From an uncultured delta proteobacterium (GTDB lineage Bacteria > Myxococcota > Kuafuiibacteriia > Kuafuiibacteriales > Kuafuiibacteriaceae), in the NCBI GenBank assembly GCA_963803435.1, contig CAWDML010000004.1, positions 224,001-288,000 of the forward strand: DNA of 64,000 nucleotides, in the 5' to 3' direction. The notes under the pieces are model-generated. The model made no database searches and was not told the DNA's origin. It saw only the letters and a list, made by a program, of their open reading frames with translations. The position numbers and the translations under genes were made by a program. Position 1 is the first letter of the stretch. Each line of letters opens with the position of its first letter. Positions 19,109 to 34,283 of this stretch are shown here, piece after piece.

Positions 19109-20676
19109 TCCTCGGCCCGTACCGCATCCTGAAGCGGCTCGCGATCGGAGGTATGGGCGAGATCTTCCTCGGACGCCAGATCGGCGTCGCGGGATTCGAT
19201 CGGCCGGTCATCATCAAACGATTGCTACCCGATCTCGCCGAGGACGCGACCGCGATCGAGCAGTTCCTCGACGAGGCACGAATCGCGGCGACGCTCAATC
19301 ATCCGAACATCGTCGCAATCTACGAGGTCGCCGAGTGGCGCGGGATGCAGTTCATCGCCATGGAATACATCGAGGGCGAGACCATCGCCGCGATCATGCG
19401 GGCCCTGGTCAAGCAGCGCGGGTCCGTGCCCTTCGCCGTCGCAGCCCGCATCACCCATGACGCTGCGCTCGCGCTCGATCATGCACACCGGGCGTGCGGG
19501 GCGGACGGAACGCCGCTCCGGATCATCCATCGTGACGTCAGCCCCCAGAACATCATGGTTCGCAGGGACGGCGTGACCAAGGTCGTCGACTTCGGAATCG
19601 CAAAGGTCGCTGATCGAAGCGGTCGTACCTCCTCGGGCGTTCTCAAGGGGAAGCTGCGGTACATGGCCCCCGAGCAGCTTCGCGAACAACCGCTCGATCA
19701 TCGAATCGATCAGTTCGCGCTCGGCGTGACGTTCTGGGAGATGTGCACGGGCCGGCGCTTGTTCAAGAAGGACGTGTCGATCTCGGCCCGGCTCAACGCC
19801 ACCCGGGTCCCTCCGCCGGTCTCCGTCAGGCGTGATGTCCCGCGCGAGCTGGATCGGATTGTAACCCGGATGTTGGCCGCAGATCGGGACGTGCGCTTCT
19901 CCTCCTGTCTGGACGTTGCCGATGCGCTCGACGTGTACCTATCCACTCCGGCAGGCCGCACGGACCTACGCGAGGTCGCGGCCTTGGTGGAGCGCACTGT
20001 CGGGGATCGGATCGCGGAGCGGACGCGGGTGCTGCGTTCCGGTGAGCCGTGCGACGATGACCTCTCGGAGCTCGCCATCCTCGCGGAGGACGAGAGCCCG
20101 CCCAAACCAGAGGCGCTGGCTGCGCCCGAAGCCCTTTCCGGCGCGCCCAACGACAAGACCGCGCCCCTCCACCCGTACGCCTCCGAGTCGGTCGCCAACG
20201 CAGGGGTTCTCACGACACGCCGCCCCGTCGGGATGCTGCTGGCCGGCCTCTTCTTCGTGGTGGGCGTCGCGCTGGCGGTGGTCCTCCTCGTGCGCGCCCC
20301 TCGGGCCCCACAGCCGATCGTGGTGGTCCAGCACGAGCTTCCCTCGGGGAAGGCGCCCGACGCAGGCGTCGTGACGCTGGCGCGGGCCGAGCCGAAGCGG
20401 CGGGCGAGCCTGGACCTCCGCCTCACCCGCGCCTTTGCGCGGCGGCGCAAGAGCGTGGAGCGCTGCTTCGAGCGCTTCGGCGGCGCCGATGCGGTGGACG
20501 TATCGGTCCGGTTCGAGGTGGACACCGGCGGCCGGGTGGCGGCGGCAGCCATCCTCCCGGACGGGGTGGCGAGGAGTGAGGTGGGCGCGTGCCTCCTCGA
20601 GGTGGCGCGGTCCACCAAGTTCCCACGTCAGCCCAAGCCTGTCACCTTCCGGATACCGCTTCGGATTGCCCGTTGA
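19105..20676 (+). CDS. Membrane Ser/Thr protein kinase with periplasmic AgmX/PglI (TonB-C-like) domain
   Basis: GGMGEIF, VIIKR, HPNIV, HRDVSPQN, DFGIAK, GKLRYMAPEQ; TM helix; V.RCFE.....V.VRF.V...G.V...VG.CL......FP.......F..P. Confidence 0.92.
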   Translation: MILGPYRILKRLAIGGMGEIFLGRQIGVAGFDRPVIIKRLLPDLAEDATAIEQFLDEARIAATLNHPNIVAIYEVAEWRGMQFIAMEYIEGETIAAIMRALVKQRGSVPFAVAARITHDAALALDHAHRACGADGTPLRIIHRDVSPQNIMVRRDGVTKVVDFGIAKVADRSGRTSSGVLKGKLRYMAPEQLREQPLDHRIDQFALGVTFWEMCTGRRLFKKDVSISARLNATRVPPPVSVRRDVPRELDRIVTRMLAADRDVRFSSCLDVADALDVYLSTPAGRTDLREVAALVERTVGDRIAERTRVLRSGEPCDDDLSELAILAEDESPPKPEALAAPEALSGAPNDKTAPLHPYASESVANAGVLTTRRPVGMLLAGLFFVVGVALAVVLLVRAPRAPQPIVVVQHELPSGKAPDAGVVTLARAEPKRRASLDLRLTRAFARRRKSVERCFERFGGADAVDVSVRFEVDTGGRVAAAAILPDGVARSEVGACLLEVARSTKFPRQPKPVTFRIPLRIAR

Positions 20677-20817
20677 GCACTCGGTGGTGAACTGCGGGTG
20701 AGACCCTGGAGTACGTCGTGCCGTGACCAGGTCGTCGCGTATACCTGAGGGGGTCGCTCGAGCCCCACACCGGGCCTCGCTTGTTTGGGAGCCTACGCGC
20801 CTTGATACAATAGACGC

Positions 20818-21720
20818 TTGTCTCGCGCGTGGGTGCTCGTTTTAGCGATGTGTGGGTGCGGGCGCTACGGCTACGATCTGGTTGCCGGTGCCTCGCCCGG
20901 CTTTGACGCCTCCACTCTCGATGCCTCGCTCGACGATGCCTCGCTCGAAGATGCCTCGGTCGCGTTTGGTCCAGCCCAGCTGATCGTCGAGCTGAGCACG
21001 CCGAACGAAGAACAAGATCCGAGCCTGACCGCCGACATGCTCGAGATCGTGTTCTATCGAAACGGCGATCTGATGACATCCCGGCGCGAGACCGTGGACG
21101 TTCCCTGGGAGGCGCCCGCGCCCATCGATGAGCTCAACAGCGCGGACGACGATACCAGCCCCGATTTGACGCCGGACGGTCTGGTCCTGTTCTTCACGAG
21201 CAATCGGCCCGGCGGCGCCGGCGGCAGCGATCTCTACATGTCGCGGCGCACCGACCGCACGCAGCCGTGGATGCCTCCGGTCCGGCTCGCCGACGTCAGC
21301 TCACCGGAGGATGACGTGTCGGCAGTGACCGACGAAGGCCTCACGTTCCTCGTGTTCACGTCGACCCGTCCCGGCGGGCCGGGCGGCTCCGATCTCTACA
21401 TCGCCGAGAGGGCGTCGACGTCCGACCCTTGGGGGCCGCCGCAGCTGGCCCGTGGGCTCAACTCCGGCGCCGACGATATCGCGCCGTTCTATCACGAACC
21501 GAGCCGTACGCTCTTCTTCGCCAGCTCGCGCGGGGCGCCGGCCCTCGATCTGTATGCTGCCGTTCGCCTGGCTGACGGCGGCTTCGGAGAAGCGAGCCCG
21601 ATCGTCGAGCTGAACGACAGCGACCGCCAGTCCGACCCGTGGCTGTCACCTGACGGGCGCACGATGTACTTCTCCGCGACGGTTCGCGGCCGCTCAGGCA
21701 TCTACGTCACGACGCGCTGA
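20818..21720 (+). CDS. PD40/TolB-like beta-propeller lipoprotein
   Basis: CGCGR lipobox; repeated NS...D.SP.LTPDGL.LFFTS.RPGG.GGSDLY. Confidence 0.85.
   Translation: MSRAWVLVLAMCGCGRYGYDLVAGASPGFDASTLDASLDDASLEDASVAFGPAQLIVELSTPNEEQDPSLTADMLEIVFYRNGDLMTSRRETVDVPWEAPAPIDELNSADDDTSPDLTPDGLVLFFTSNRPGGAGGSDLYMSRRTDRTQPWMPPVRLADVSSPEDDVSAVTDEGLTFLVFTSTRPGGPGGSDLYIAERASTSDPWGPPQLARGLNSGADDIAPFYHEPSRTLFFASSRGAPALDLYAAVRLADGGFGEASPIVELNDSDRQSDPWLSPDGRTMYFSATVRGRSGIYVTTR
20920..20961 (+). repeat. 15-bp tandem repeat (about 2.8 copies) encoding a DASL(D/E) linker
   Basis: GATGCCTCGCTCGAC GATGCCTCGCTCGAA GATGCCTCGGTC. Confidence 0.8.
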
Positions 21721-21843
21721 GCCCGAGCGCGGACAGGCGCGCACCACGAACCCGAACGCGCTTCCGTCGCACCGTCTGGCCGGCCGCGGTCGGCCCCAAC
21801 TTCCTCTAGCCCGCAGGCCGTTTCGTTGCTAACGGCCATCCCG

Positions 21844-22545
21844 ATGGAGGTCGAGCTCACGATCGTCGTCCCCGCCTTCGACGAGGCCGCCCGCATCGCG
21901 GTCACGCTCGTCAAGACGCTCGACTACCTGGCGCGCTGGCACCCGAAGAGCGAGCTGATCGTCGTGGACGACGGCTCGAAGGACGACACCCGGATGGTCC
22001 TCGACGCGCTCAGCTCCCGCGACCCGCGCCTGATCGTGGTCTCGCACCCCTCCAACCGCGGCAAGGGCGCCGCCGTTCGGACCGGCGTGCTGGCGTCGCG
22101 CGGCCATTATGTGCTGTTCATGGACGCCGACCTGGCCACGCCCATCGAGGAGCTGCCCAAGCTGATCGCCTACGTCGACAAGGGCGCCGACGTGGTGATC
22201 GGATCGCGCGCGGTCGCCCACGACATCCGCCGCCGGCAGCCGCTGGTCCGGGAGATGATGGGCCGCACCTTCAACCGGATCATCCGCGGCCTGCTCGACA
22301 TCTCCTGGGGCGACACCCAGTGCGGCTTCAAGCTCTTCAAGGGCGACCTCGCCCGCCAGCTCTTCGCCGAGGCGCAGATCGAGGGCTTCGCGTTCGACGT
22401 CGAGATCCTGCTGATGGCCCAGGCCCGCGGCTGCACCATCCGCGAGGTGCCGGTCGTGTGGGCGCACGCGCCCAACTCCAAGGTGTCGATGCTTCGCGAC
22501 TCCACCCGCATGTTCTACGACGTGCTGCGGCTGCGGAACCGATGA
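21844..22545 (+). CDS. GT2 polyprenyl-phosphate glycosyltransferase (dolichyl-phosphate beta-glucosyltransferase-like)
   Basis: VVPAFDE, VVDDGSKD, NRGKGAAVRTG, FMDADLATP, DTQCGFKLF, FAFDVEIL. Confidence 0.93.
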   Translation: MEVELTIVVPAFDEAARIAVTLVKTLDYLARWHPKSELIVVDDGSKDDTRMVLDALSSRDPRLIVVSHPSNRGKGAAVRTGVLASRGHYVLFMDADLATPIEELPKLIAYVDKGADVVIGSRAVAHDIRRRQPLVREMMGRTFNRIIRGLLDISWGDTQCGFKLFKGDLARQLFAEAQIEGFAFDVEILLMAQARGCTIREVPVVWAHAPNSKVSMLRDSTRMFYDVLRLRNR

Positions 22546-22814
22546 GGCGCGAGCGGATCCTCCCGGCGTTGCTCGCCGCGGCCGTGATCGCGCTGTCGAT
22601 CCCGAGCATCGTCCGCTCGCTCACGCCCTCGACGGACGCGGAGATCCGCAGCCTGCTCGGCGATCTCACGGCGGCCCGCGCGCGCGGCGGGAGCGCGGAG
22701 GGCATCGAGTTCGATCGCGAGGGCCGGCCCATCGGTGGCTGCCGGACGCTCGAGCGTGACGGCTATACGATCGTGATCGAGGCCGACGGCCGCATCGTCC
22801 CGCCCGCGCCGTGA
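22542..22814 (+). CDS. Small membrane-anchored hypothetical protein
   Basis: ATGA overlap with the GT2 gene; N-terminal hydrophobic helix; weak resemblance to a GspH/FimT C-terminus (IEFDREGRP...IEADGRI). Confidence 0.55.
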   Translation: MRRERILPALLAAAVIALSIPSIVRSLTPSTDAEIRSLLGDLTAARARGGSAEGIEFDREGRPIGGCRTLERDGYTIVIEADGRIVPPAP

Positions 22815-22836
22815 CTTCGTGCTAGCGTCCGCGGTC

Positions 22837-23637
22837 ATGGCCGACGTCTTCAGCCCCCAGCTCCTCGAAGGAAAGGTCGCGTTCGTCACCGGGGGTGGCA
22901 GCGGCATCAACCTCGCGATCGCGGAGCGCTTCGCCCGCGCCGGCGCCCAGGTGGCGCTCCTCGGACGCACCCAGGAGAAGCTGGACGCCGCCGTGAAGAC
23001 GCTCGAAGCGGCGGGCGCTACCGCGGTCGGTCTGTCCGCCGACGTCCGCGACTACGGCGCGGTGTCCGCGCGTCTGGCCGAGACCCACGAGCGCTTCGGC
23101 GGGATCGATCTGGTGGTGTGCGGCGCCGCCGGCAACTTCCCCGCGCCGGCCCTCGGCATGTCCGCCAACGGGTTCAAGTCCGTCGTCGACATCGATCTCC
23201 TGGGCACGTTCAACACCTGCCGGGCCGCGTTCGAGCACCTGCGCAAGCCGGGCGCCTCGGTGATCAACATCTCCGCGCCGCAGGCCTTCCTGCCCACCGC
23301 CTTCCAGGCCCACGTCTGCGCCGCCAAAGCGGGCGTGGACATGGTCACGCGCGTCCTCGCGATCGAGTGGGGCGGCGCGGGCGTCCGCATCAACTCGATC
23401 GCGCCCGGGCCCATAGCGGACACCGAGGGCATGAGCCGCCTCGCGCCCAACGTGGAGGCGCGCGATCGCCTCTCCCAGAAGATCCCGCTGGCCCGGTTCG
23501 GGCTGAAGAGCGAGATCGCCGACCTCGCGCTGTTCCTCGCCTCGGACGCCGCCGCGTACATCACCGGCGCCGTCATCCCTTGCGACGGCGGTCAGGCCTT
23601 GATCGGATCGGGATCGATGATGGACGCGCTCGCATGA
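22837..23637 (+). CDS. SDR, 2,4-dienoyl-CoA reductase-like
   Basis: TGGGSGIN, GAAGNFPAP, SANGFKSVVDIDLLGTFN, HVCAAKAGVD, LAIEWG, PGPI.DTEG. Confidence 0.9.
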   Translation: MADVFSPQLLEGKVAFVTGGGSGINLAIAERFARAGAQVALLGRTQEKLDAAVKTLEAAGATAVGLSADVRDYGAVSARLAETHERFGGIDLVVCGAAGNFPAPALGMSANGFKSVVDIDLLGTFNTCRAAFEHLRKPGASVINISAPQAFLPTAFQAHVCAAKAGVDMVTRVLAIEWGGAGVRINSIAPGPIADTEGMSRLAPNVEARDRLSQKIPLARFGLKSEIADLALFLASDAAAYITGAVIPCDGGQALIGSGSMMDALA

Positions 23638-23677
23638 CGCGCCGCTCGGTCCACGCCGGCGGGATGGTCGACACCCC

Positions 23678-24460
23678 GTGAGGATCGCGATCGACTCCGC
23701 CGGCGATCCGCGGGTCGCCGACTACCTCCGCGTACGAGAGGCGGATCAGGTGAAGCGCCGCGGAGTCTTCATCGCGGAGGGCGCCGAGGTCGTGCGCACG
23801 CTGGTGCGGTACGGGCGCTTCAACACCCGCTCGATCCTGCTCGCCGACAAGCGCGTGGCCGCGATGCAAGACGTCCTGCAAGAGCTCGGCGACGAGATCC
23901 CGATCTACGTGGCGCCGCAGCCGATCATGGATCAGGTGGCCGGCTTCCCCATCCATCGCGGATGCCTCGCGGCCGGCGAGCGCGGCCCCGAGGAGACGGT
24001 GGCCGCGCTGCTCGATCGCCTCCCGGCGGCGCGGACGGCGGTGGTGCTCGAGGGCATCGCCAACCACGACAACGTCGGCGGCGTCTTCCGGAACGCGCTC
24101 GCCCTCGGCGCCGAGCTCGTGCTCCTCGACCCCACCTGCGCCGACCCGCTCTACCGGAAGGCGATCCGCGTGAGTATGGGCGCCGTCCTGCGGGTCCCGT
24201 TCGCGCGCGGCGGCTCGCTCGCGCCCGAGCTCTCGGCCCGCGGCTTCGGGTGCTTCGCGCTGACCCCCGGCGATGCCCGTCCGATCGGCGCCGTCGACTG
24301 GCCCGCCCGCGCCGCCCTCTTCCTGGGTGCCGAGGGCGCCGGGCTCTCCGCGGCCACCCTCGCCGCCTGCGACCAGCGCGTGCGCATCCCGATGGCGCCC
24401 GGGGTCGACTCGCTCAACGTGGCGGCCGCCTCGGCAATCGCCCTCTTCGCCCGGGGCTGA
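23678..24460 (+). CDS. TrmH/SpoU family RNA methyltransferase
   Basis: FIAEG, NVGGVFRNA, RKAIRVSMG, LGAEG.GL, IPMAPGVDSLNVAAA. Confidence 0.93.
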   Translation: MRIAIDSAGDPRVADYLRVREADQVKRRGVFIAEGAEVVRTLVRYGRFNTRSILLADKRVAAMQDVLQELGDEIPIYVAPQPIMDQVAGFPIHRGCLAAGERGPEETVAALLDRLPAARTAVVLEGIANHDNVGGVFRNALALGAELVLLDPTCADPLYRKAIRVSMGAVLRVPFARGGSLAPELSARGFGCFALTPGDARPIGAVDWPARAALFLGAEGAGLSAATLAACDQRVRIPMAPGVDSLNVAAASAIALFARG

Positions 24461-24482
24461 GCTCTGATACGCTCGCCGCCCG

Positions 24483-25392
24483 ATGCGGAGCATCCTGGTG
24501 GTCCACGCCGAGGCGAGCCGTCTGATCGACGCGCTGGTGCCGCTGTGTCCGGGCGAGACCTTCACCGGCGTCGATTCGCTCGCGGCAATCCAGCCGGCGC
24601 TCGCGGCTCACGAGCCCGCGATCGTCTTCTGCATCAAGTCGTCCTCGTTCCTCGGCCCGGAGTTTCACGCGCTCGTCCAGCACCCGAGCGTCCGCTGGGT
24701 GCACGTGGGAGGATTGGGTGTCGAGCACCTGGGGACGTGGGACGCCGCGCGCGTGACCGTGACGAACAGCGCCGGCGTGCTCGCGCCCTACCTGGCGGAG
24801 ACCTGGCTGGGGGCCGTCCTTGCCCTCGACGGCGGCCTCCTCGAGTGGGCGGGGGCGCGCGGCTGGGGCGAGCGGCGCTTCCGCGCGATCCGCGGGCAGC
24901 GGCTCCTCCTGGTCGGGCTCGGCGAGGTCGGCCGGCGCGTGGCCGAGCTGGCGAAGGCCGCGGGCATGGAGACGGAGGCGATCCGCGCGCACCCGGAGCG
25001 GGGTGGAGCCGATCGCGTCTTCGGCCCCGAGCAGCTCGACGCGCGCCTCCCGCACGCCGACATCGTGTCGCTGCACGTCCGATCGACCCCGAGCACCCGC
25101 CACCTCATCGACGCGCGCCGGCTCGCGCTCATGAAGCCGGGCGCGCTCTTCGTGAACAGCGCCCGCGGTGCGATCGTCGACGAAGCGGCCCTCGCCGAGC
25201 GGCTGATCGACGGCCACCTGCGCGGCGCCTGGCTCGACGTCTTCGAGCGCGAGCCGCTCCCGGAGACCTCACCGCTGTGGGGCCTTCCCAACGTGTTGAT
25301 CACGCCGCACGCCGCCGATCAGGTGGAGGGCTGGGCGCTCCTGTTCGTGGATCGCTTCGTGGAGGAGCTCGGCCGTCGGCGCGCCGCCGGGC

Positions 25393-25403
<11 letters not shown>
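24483..25403 (+). CDS. D-isomer-specific 2-hydroxyacid dehydrogenase family protein
   Basis: VGLGEVG, MKPGALFVNSARGAIVDE, LDVFEREPL, ITPH. Confidence 0.92.
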
Positions 25404-30822
<5,419 letters not shown>

Positions 30823-30826
<4 letters not shown>

Positions 30827-32007
30827 AGCGCCCACCCGATCCCCGCCACCACGTCGATGTATCGATCCGAGAAGCCAGCCTCGCCAATGTCGCCGGACTG
30901 CTGCGTCAAACGCGCACCGACCTTCGCGAGGAGGCCGAAGGCCAGGGCCAGCTCGACGCCGCCCTCCACGTCGAACCCGGGAGCGGCGCTTCCGCCGCGG
31001 ACCGTGGGGCTCCCGCGGAGCGCGCCTTCGAGCGCGAAGGACAGCCGCAACCCCTCGTCGAGGTAGAGCGGCTGGATCACCGTCAGACCTCCCCGCAGCA
31101 CGCTGTAGCGTGCGGAGAAGACCGAGCCTTCCTCGGCGATCTCGAAGCGCAGCAGCTCCCAGCCGAAGAGGACGCCCATGCGAGGCAGGTAGCCTCCCAG
31201 GTGATAGCGGTACGCGAGCCCGACCCGCGTGCGATCCGCATCGACGGCCAGCTCGGTCTCGGTGATCTGCGCCGTGGCCAAGCTGCGGCCGTAGGCGGCG
31301 TCGAGATCGAGGTCGTGATCATCGAGCCGGAACAGCTCCGCGATGTGCAAGCTGGCCTGCGCGCCGAGCGCCGGTACGTTGGCGGCGTCGAGGTGAGGAC
31401 CGGGCGCTCCGCCGACTGAGCGTGAGGCGAGCCCGCCGATCAACATCAGCGAGACGAAGGGGCCCCGCGGAGGTGGTGGCGGGGGTACAGCGTTGAGTCT
31501 CTCCTGCTCGGTCGCGAGGTCGGTGTCCACGAAGTGCTCCGGCGGCGGCTCGGGCGGCTTGGGTGGAGGCGGCGGCGGAGGCGCGATCAGAGCCCACAGC
31601 TTCGTGAACATCGGTGTCAGATCGGCGGCGTCCAGATCGCCGCGGCCCTTGGTGAAGGTCTCTTCGATCGCCCAGTCATCGTCGGAGAAGGGCTTGGCGC
31701 GGAAGAGGAAGCGACTCTCCGCGCGCCGGCCGTGGACGGTGACGTCGACCAGGGCGGCGCAGCCTTTGTCGGCGCCTTCGCGGGACGGAGAGTGGATGCG
31801 AATGACGAGGTAGTGGACGTGTCCCGGCATCGAAGCCGCCGCGGCCTCGTCGAGCTTCGTCGCCAGCAGATCGAGATCCTTGCGGCCGACGCCTCGCGGT
31901 GCGAGCCAGCACACGGCGCTGCCCGAGGGATTGGAGGGGTCGAACACGTCAAACCTGGACGGGCTCGACGCCGCGACCATCGCGGCGATCAGCCAAAAGC
32001 CTTGCAT
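30823..32007 (-). CDS. Secreted hypothetical protein with Pro linker and C-terminal beta-barrel-like domain
   Basis: ATG 32007 with signal-like MQGFWLIAAMVAA; PPPPPPPKPPEPPP linker; alternating strands ending VVAGIGWAL; ATGA overlap with the MopE/vWA gene. Confidence 0.7.
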
Positions 32008-32277
32008 GGGAGTATTCTGCGAGATCAAGCCTGCGCGCAGACAGGCGGTCGCGCTGCGTGGAGAGGCGACGTCCGTCGCCGCCCCGCGCATGCGCAGTCG
32101 GGGCAGCGGCTGCTGGGCCCAGTCGTGATGATTCAGCGGCTGGCACATTCGACCCCGCCGGTGAGCCCGCTCGCTCGCCCGCGCGGCGTCGGCATCGGTC
32201 GTCCCCGGATGAGACGCGGTCCTCGCTATATGGTCTCGGGCGAGGTCCGGGACTGGAGAGGAGACGGAGAACCCGTC

Positions 32278-32676
32278 ATGTTGGAGCTCATGGCGTTCAA
32301 TCGGGAGTTCACGGATCGGCGCCGCTCGCAGCGCGTTCGCCTGGCGGTTCGCGTGAGCGCCGGCGCCCAGGACTCCCCGGTCGCGATCGGCCAGACGCGG
32401 GACATCAGCCGTCACGGTCTCTTCATCGACCTTCAGCTGCTCTCCGATCCGACGCGCTCGTTCACCGAGGGCATGCCGCTCCATTTGCGCTTCCGGCCTC
32501 CGAACGCAGAGACGCCGCTCGAGGTGGACTGCGTGGTGGCGCGCGTCGAGCGCTCCGACAACGACCACTGCCGCGGGATCGGCGTCGACTTCAGGGAGAT
32601 GGGCGAGCGCGAGCGGATCACGCTGGACGCATTCGTAAGCAGTGAGTCCGAGCCCTTCGACGTCGACGACGCCTGA
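32278..32676 (+). CDS. Stand-alone PilZ domain protein
   Basis: RRRSQR (RxxxR) and DISRHG (DxSxxG) motifs, GIGVDF; GGAGA upstream. Confidence 0.88.
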   Translation: MLELMAFNREFTDRRRSQRVRLAVRVSAGAQDSPVAIGQTRDISRHGLFIDLQLLSDPTRSFTEGMPLHLRFRPPNAETPLEVDCVVARVERSDNDHCRGIGVDFREMGERERITLDAFVSSESEPFDVDDA

Positions 32677-32730
32677 ACCGGACTCCGCGGTTGAGCGGGC
32701 TACCATTCGCCACTACCATCCGTCCTCCGG

Positions 32731-34266
32731 ATGTCCGGCCACCTCTTCATCGTCCACGGCGACATCACGCGCCTCGCCTGCGACGCGTGGTTGCTGCCCG
32801 GCGGCGCCGGCGGGCGGCCGGGGGAGACCTGGAGCGACGCGGTGGCCGCATCCGCGGTCGAGGCGGTTCCGAGCGACTTCGGCCTGACATCCCGCCGAGT
32901 GATCGAGTGGCGCCCGCTCGTCGAAGGGCGGCCGATCCCATACCTGACCGACGTGGGAGGGTCGCGCGGAACGCCGATCGACTGGTACCTCGCCGCCGTC
33001 CGCGAGTTCCTCGATCTCGTCGCCGCCGATCTCATGCATCGCCCGCCGCGGAATCATCGCGCGCGACCTCTGGTGGCGCTCCCGCTGGTGGGTACCGGTT
33101 ACGGCGGAAAGCGACGAGAGGCCGGTGCGGTGGCGCGCGAGCTGCTGCCCGTCTTGTACGAGGCCGCGGCGACCACCGAGATCGACATCGCGCTGGTGAT
33201 GATCGAGGGCGGTGCGTACAGCGCGGCGCAGTCGGAGCGGGCCGCCCGCTGGACGGATCGCGCATTCTCGTCCCTCGACGCCGAGGCGCTGGAGGTGGGC
33301 CGGCGGCTGGCGCGCCGGGCCGCTCTAGGCCGGTTGGTGCTGTTTCTCGGCGCCGGCGTCGGGACGGCCGCCGGGCTCCCGGGATGGGACGCGCTCCTGG
33401 AGGAGCTGGCCGAGCACCGCGCCAACATGTCCGAGCAGGACCGCCGGGCCCTGATGGAGCTCAGCCACCTCGATCGGGCGCGCGTCATCGAGTCGCGCCT
33501 CCAGGATGAGAGCCTCGGTGCAGTGGTGGCCCGCCACCTCGAGGAGCGCAGCACGCACTACGCCCTCGCGCACGCGCTCCTGGCGGCGCTGCCGGTCGAG
33601 GAGGTCGTCACCACCAACTACGATCGCCTGTTCGAGATGGCCTCGGAGGCAGCCGGCAGCCCGCCGGTGGTGCTGCCGTACGAGCGCGTGCAGACGCGGC
33701 AGCGCTGGATGCTCAAGCTTCACGGCTGCGTGCGCCATCCCGAAGACATCGTGCTCACGCGCGATCACTATCTCGCGTATCGAGAGCGTCGCGAGGCGCT
33801 CGCGGGCATCGTGCAGGCACTGCTGATCACACGCCACATGCTGTTCGTCGGCTTCTCGCTCCAGGACGACAACTTCCATCAGATCGTCCGCGCAGTGCGC
33901 CGCGCAGCCCGCTACGGGGAGGCAGGTTCACGCCCCTTCGGCACTGCGCTCTCGATCGTGAAGAATCCGCTCGCCGAGGAGCTCTGGCAGGAGGACGTGC
34001 GTTGGGCGTTCGTCGGCGGCACCACGCTGGCGGAGGGCGCGCGCTGCCTCGAGATCCTGCTCGATCGGATTGCCGCCGGCGCCATCCGCACGACGGAGCA
34101 CCTGTTCGACCCCCGCTACGACGAGGTCCTCTCCGACGCGGATCGCCGTCTCAAACGCTCGCTCGAAACGCTCTGCGCCGGCGCGGACGAGGAGATGCGG
34201 GCGACGGACGCCTGGCGCGAGGTCGAGGCGCTGATGGCTCGGCTCGGCTGGAACCGGCGCAGCTGA
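32731..34266 (+). CDS. Macro-domain / SIR2-like (SIR2_2) fusion protein
   Basis: N-terminal HGDITRL.CDA and ALPLVGTGYGG (macro); C-terminal LFLGAGVG, TTNYD, KLHG, FVGFSLQD (SIR2-like). Confidence 0.85.
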   Translation: MSGHLFIVHGDITRLACDAWLLPGGAGGRPGETWSDAVAASAVEAVPSDFGLTSRRVIEWRPLVEGRPIPYLTDVGGSRGTPIDWYLAAVREFLDLVAADLMHRPPRNHRARPLVALPLVGTGYGGKRREAGAVARELLPVLYEAAATTEIDIALVMIEGGAYSAAQSERAARWTDRAFSSLDAEALEVGRRLARRAALGRLVLFLGAGVGTAAGLPGWDALLEELAEHRANMSEQDRRALMELSHLDRARVIESRLQDESLGAVVARHLEERSTHYALAHALLAALPVEEVVTTNYDRLFEMASEAAGSPPVVLPYERVQTRQRWMLKLHGCVRHPEDIVLTRDHYLAYRERREALAGIVQALLITRHMLFVGFSLQDDNFHQIVRAVRRAARYGEAGSRPFGTALSIVKNPLAEELWQEDVRWAFVGGTTLAEGARCLEILLDRIAAGAIRTTEHLFDPRYDEVLSDADRRLKRSLETLCAGADEEMRATDAWREVEALMARLGWNRRS

Positions 34267-34283
34267 AGCTCGCGCCTCGGTCG

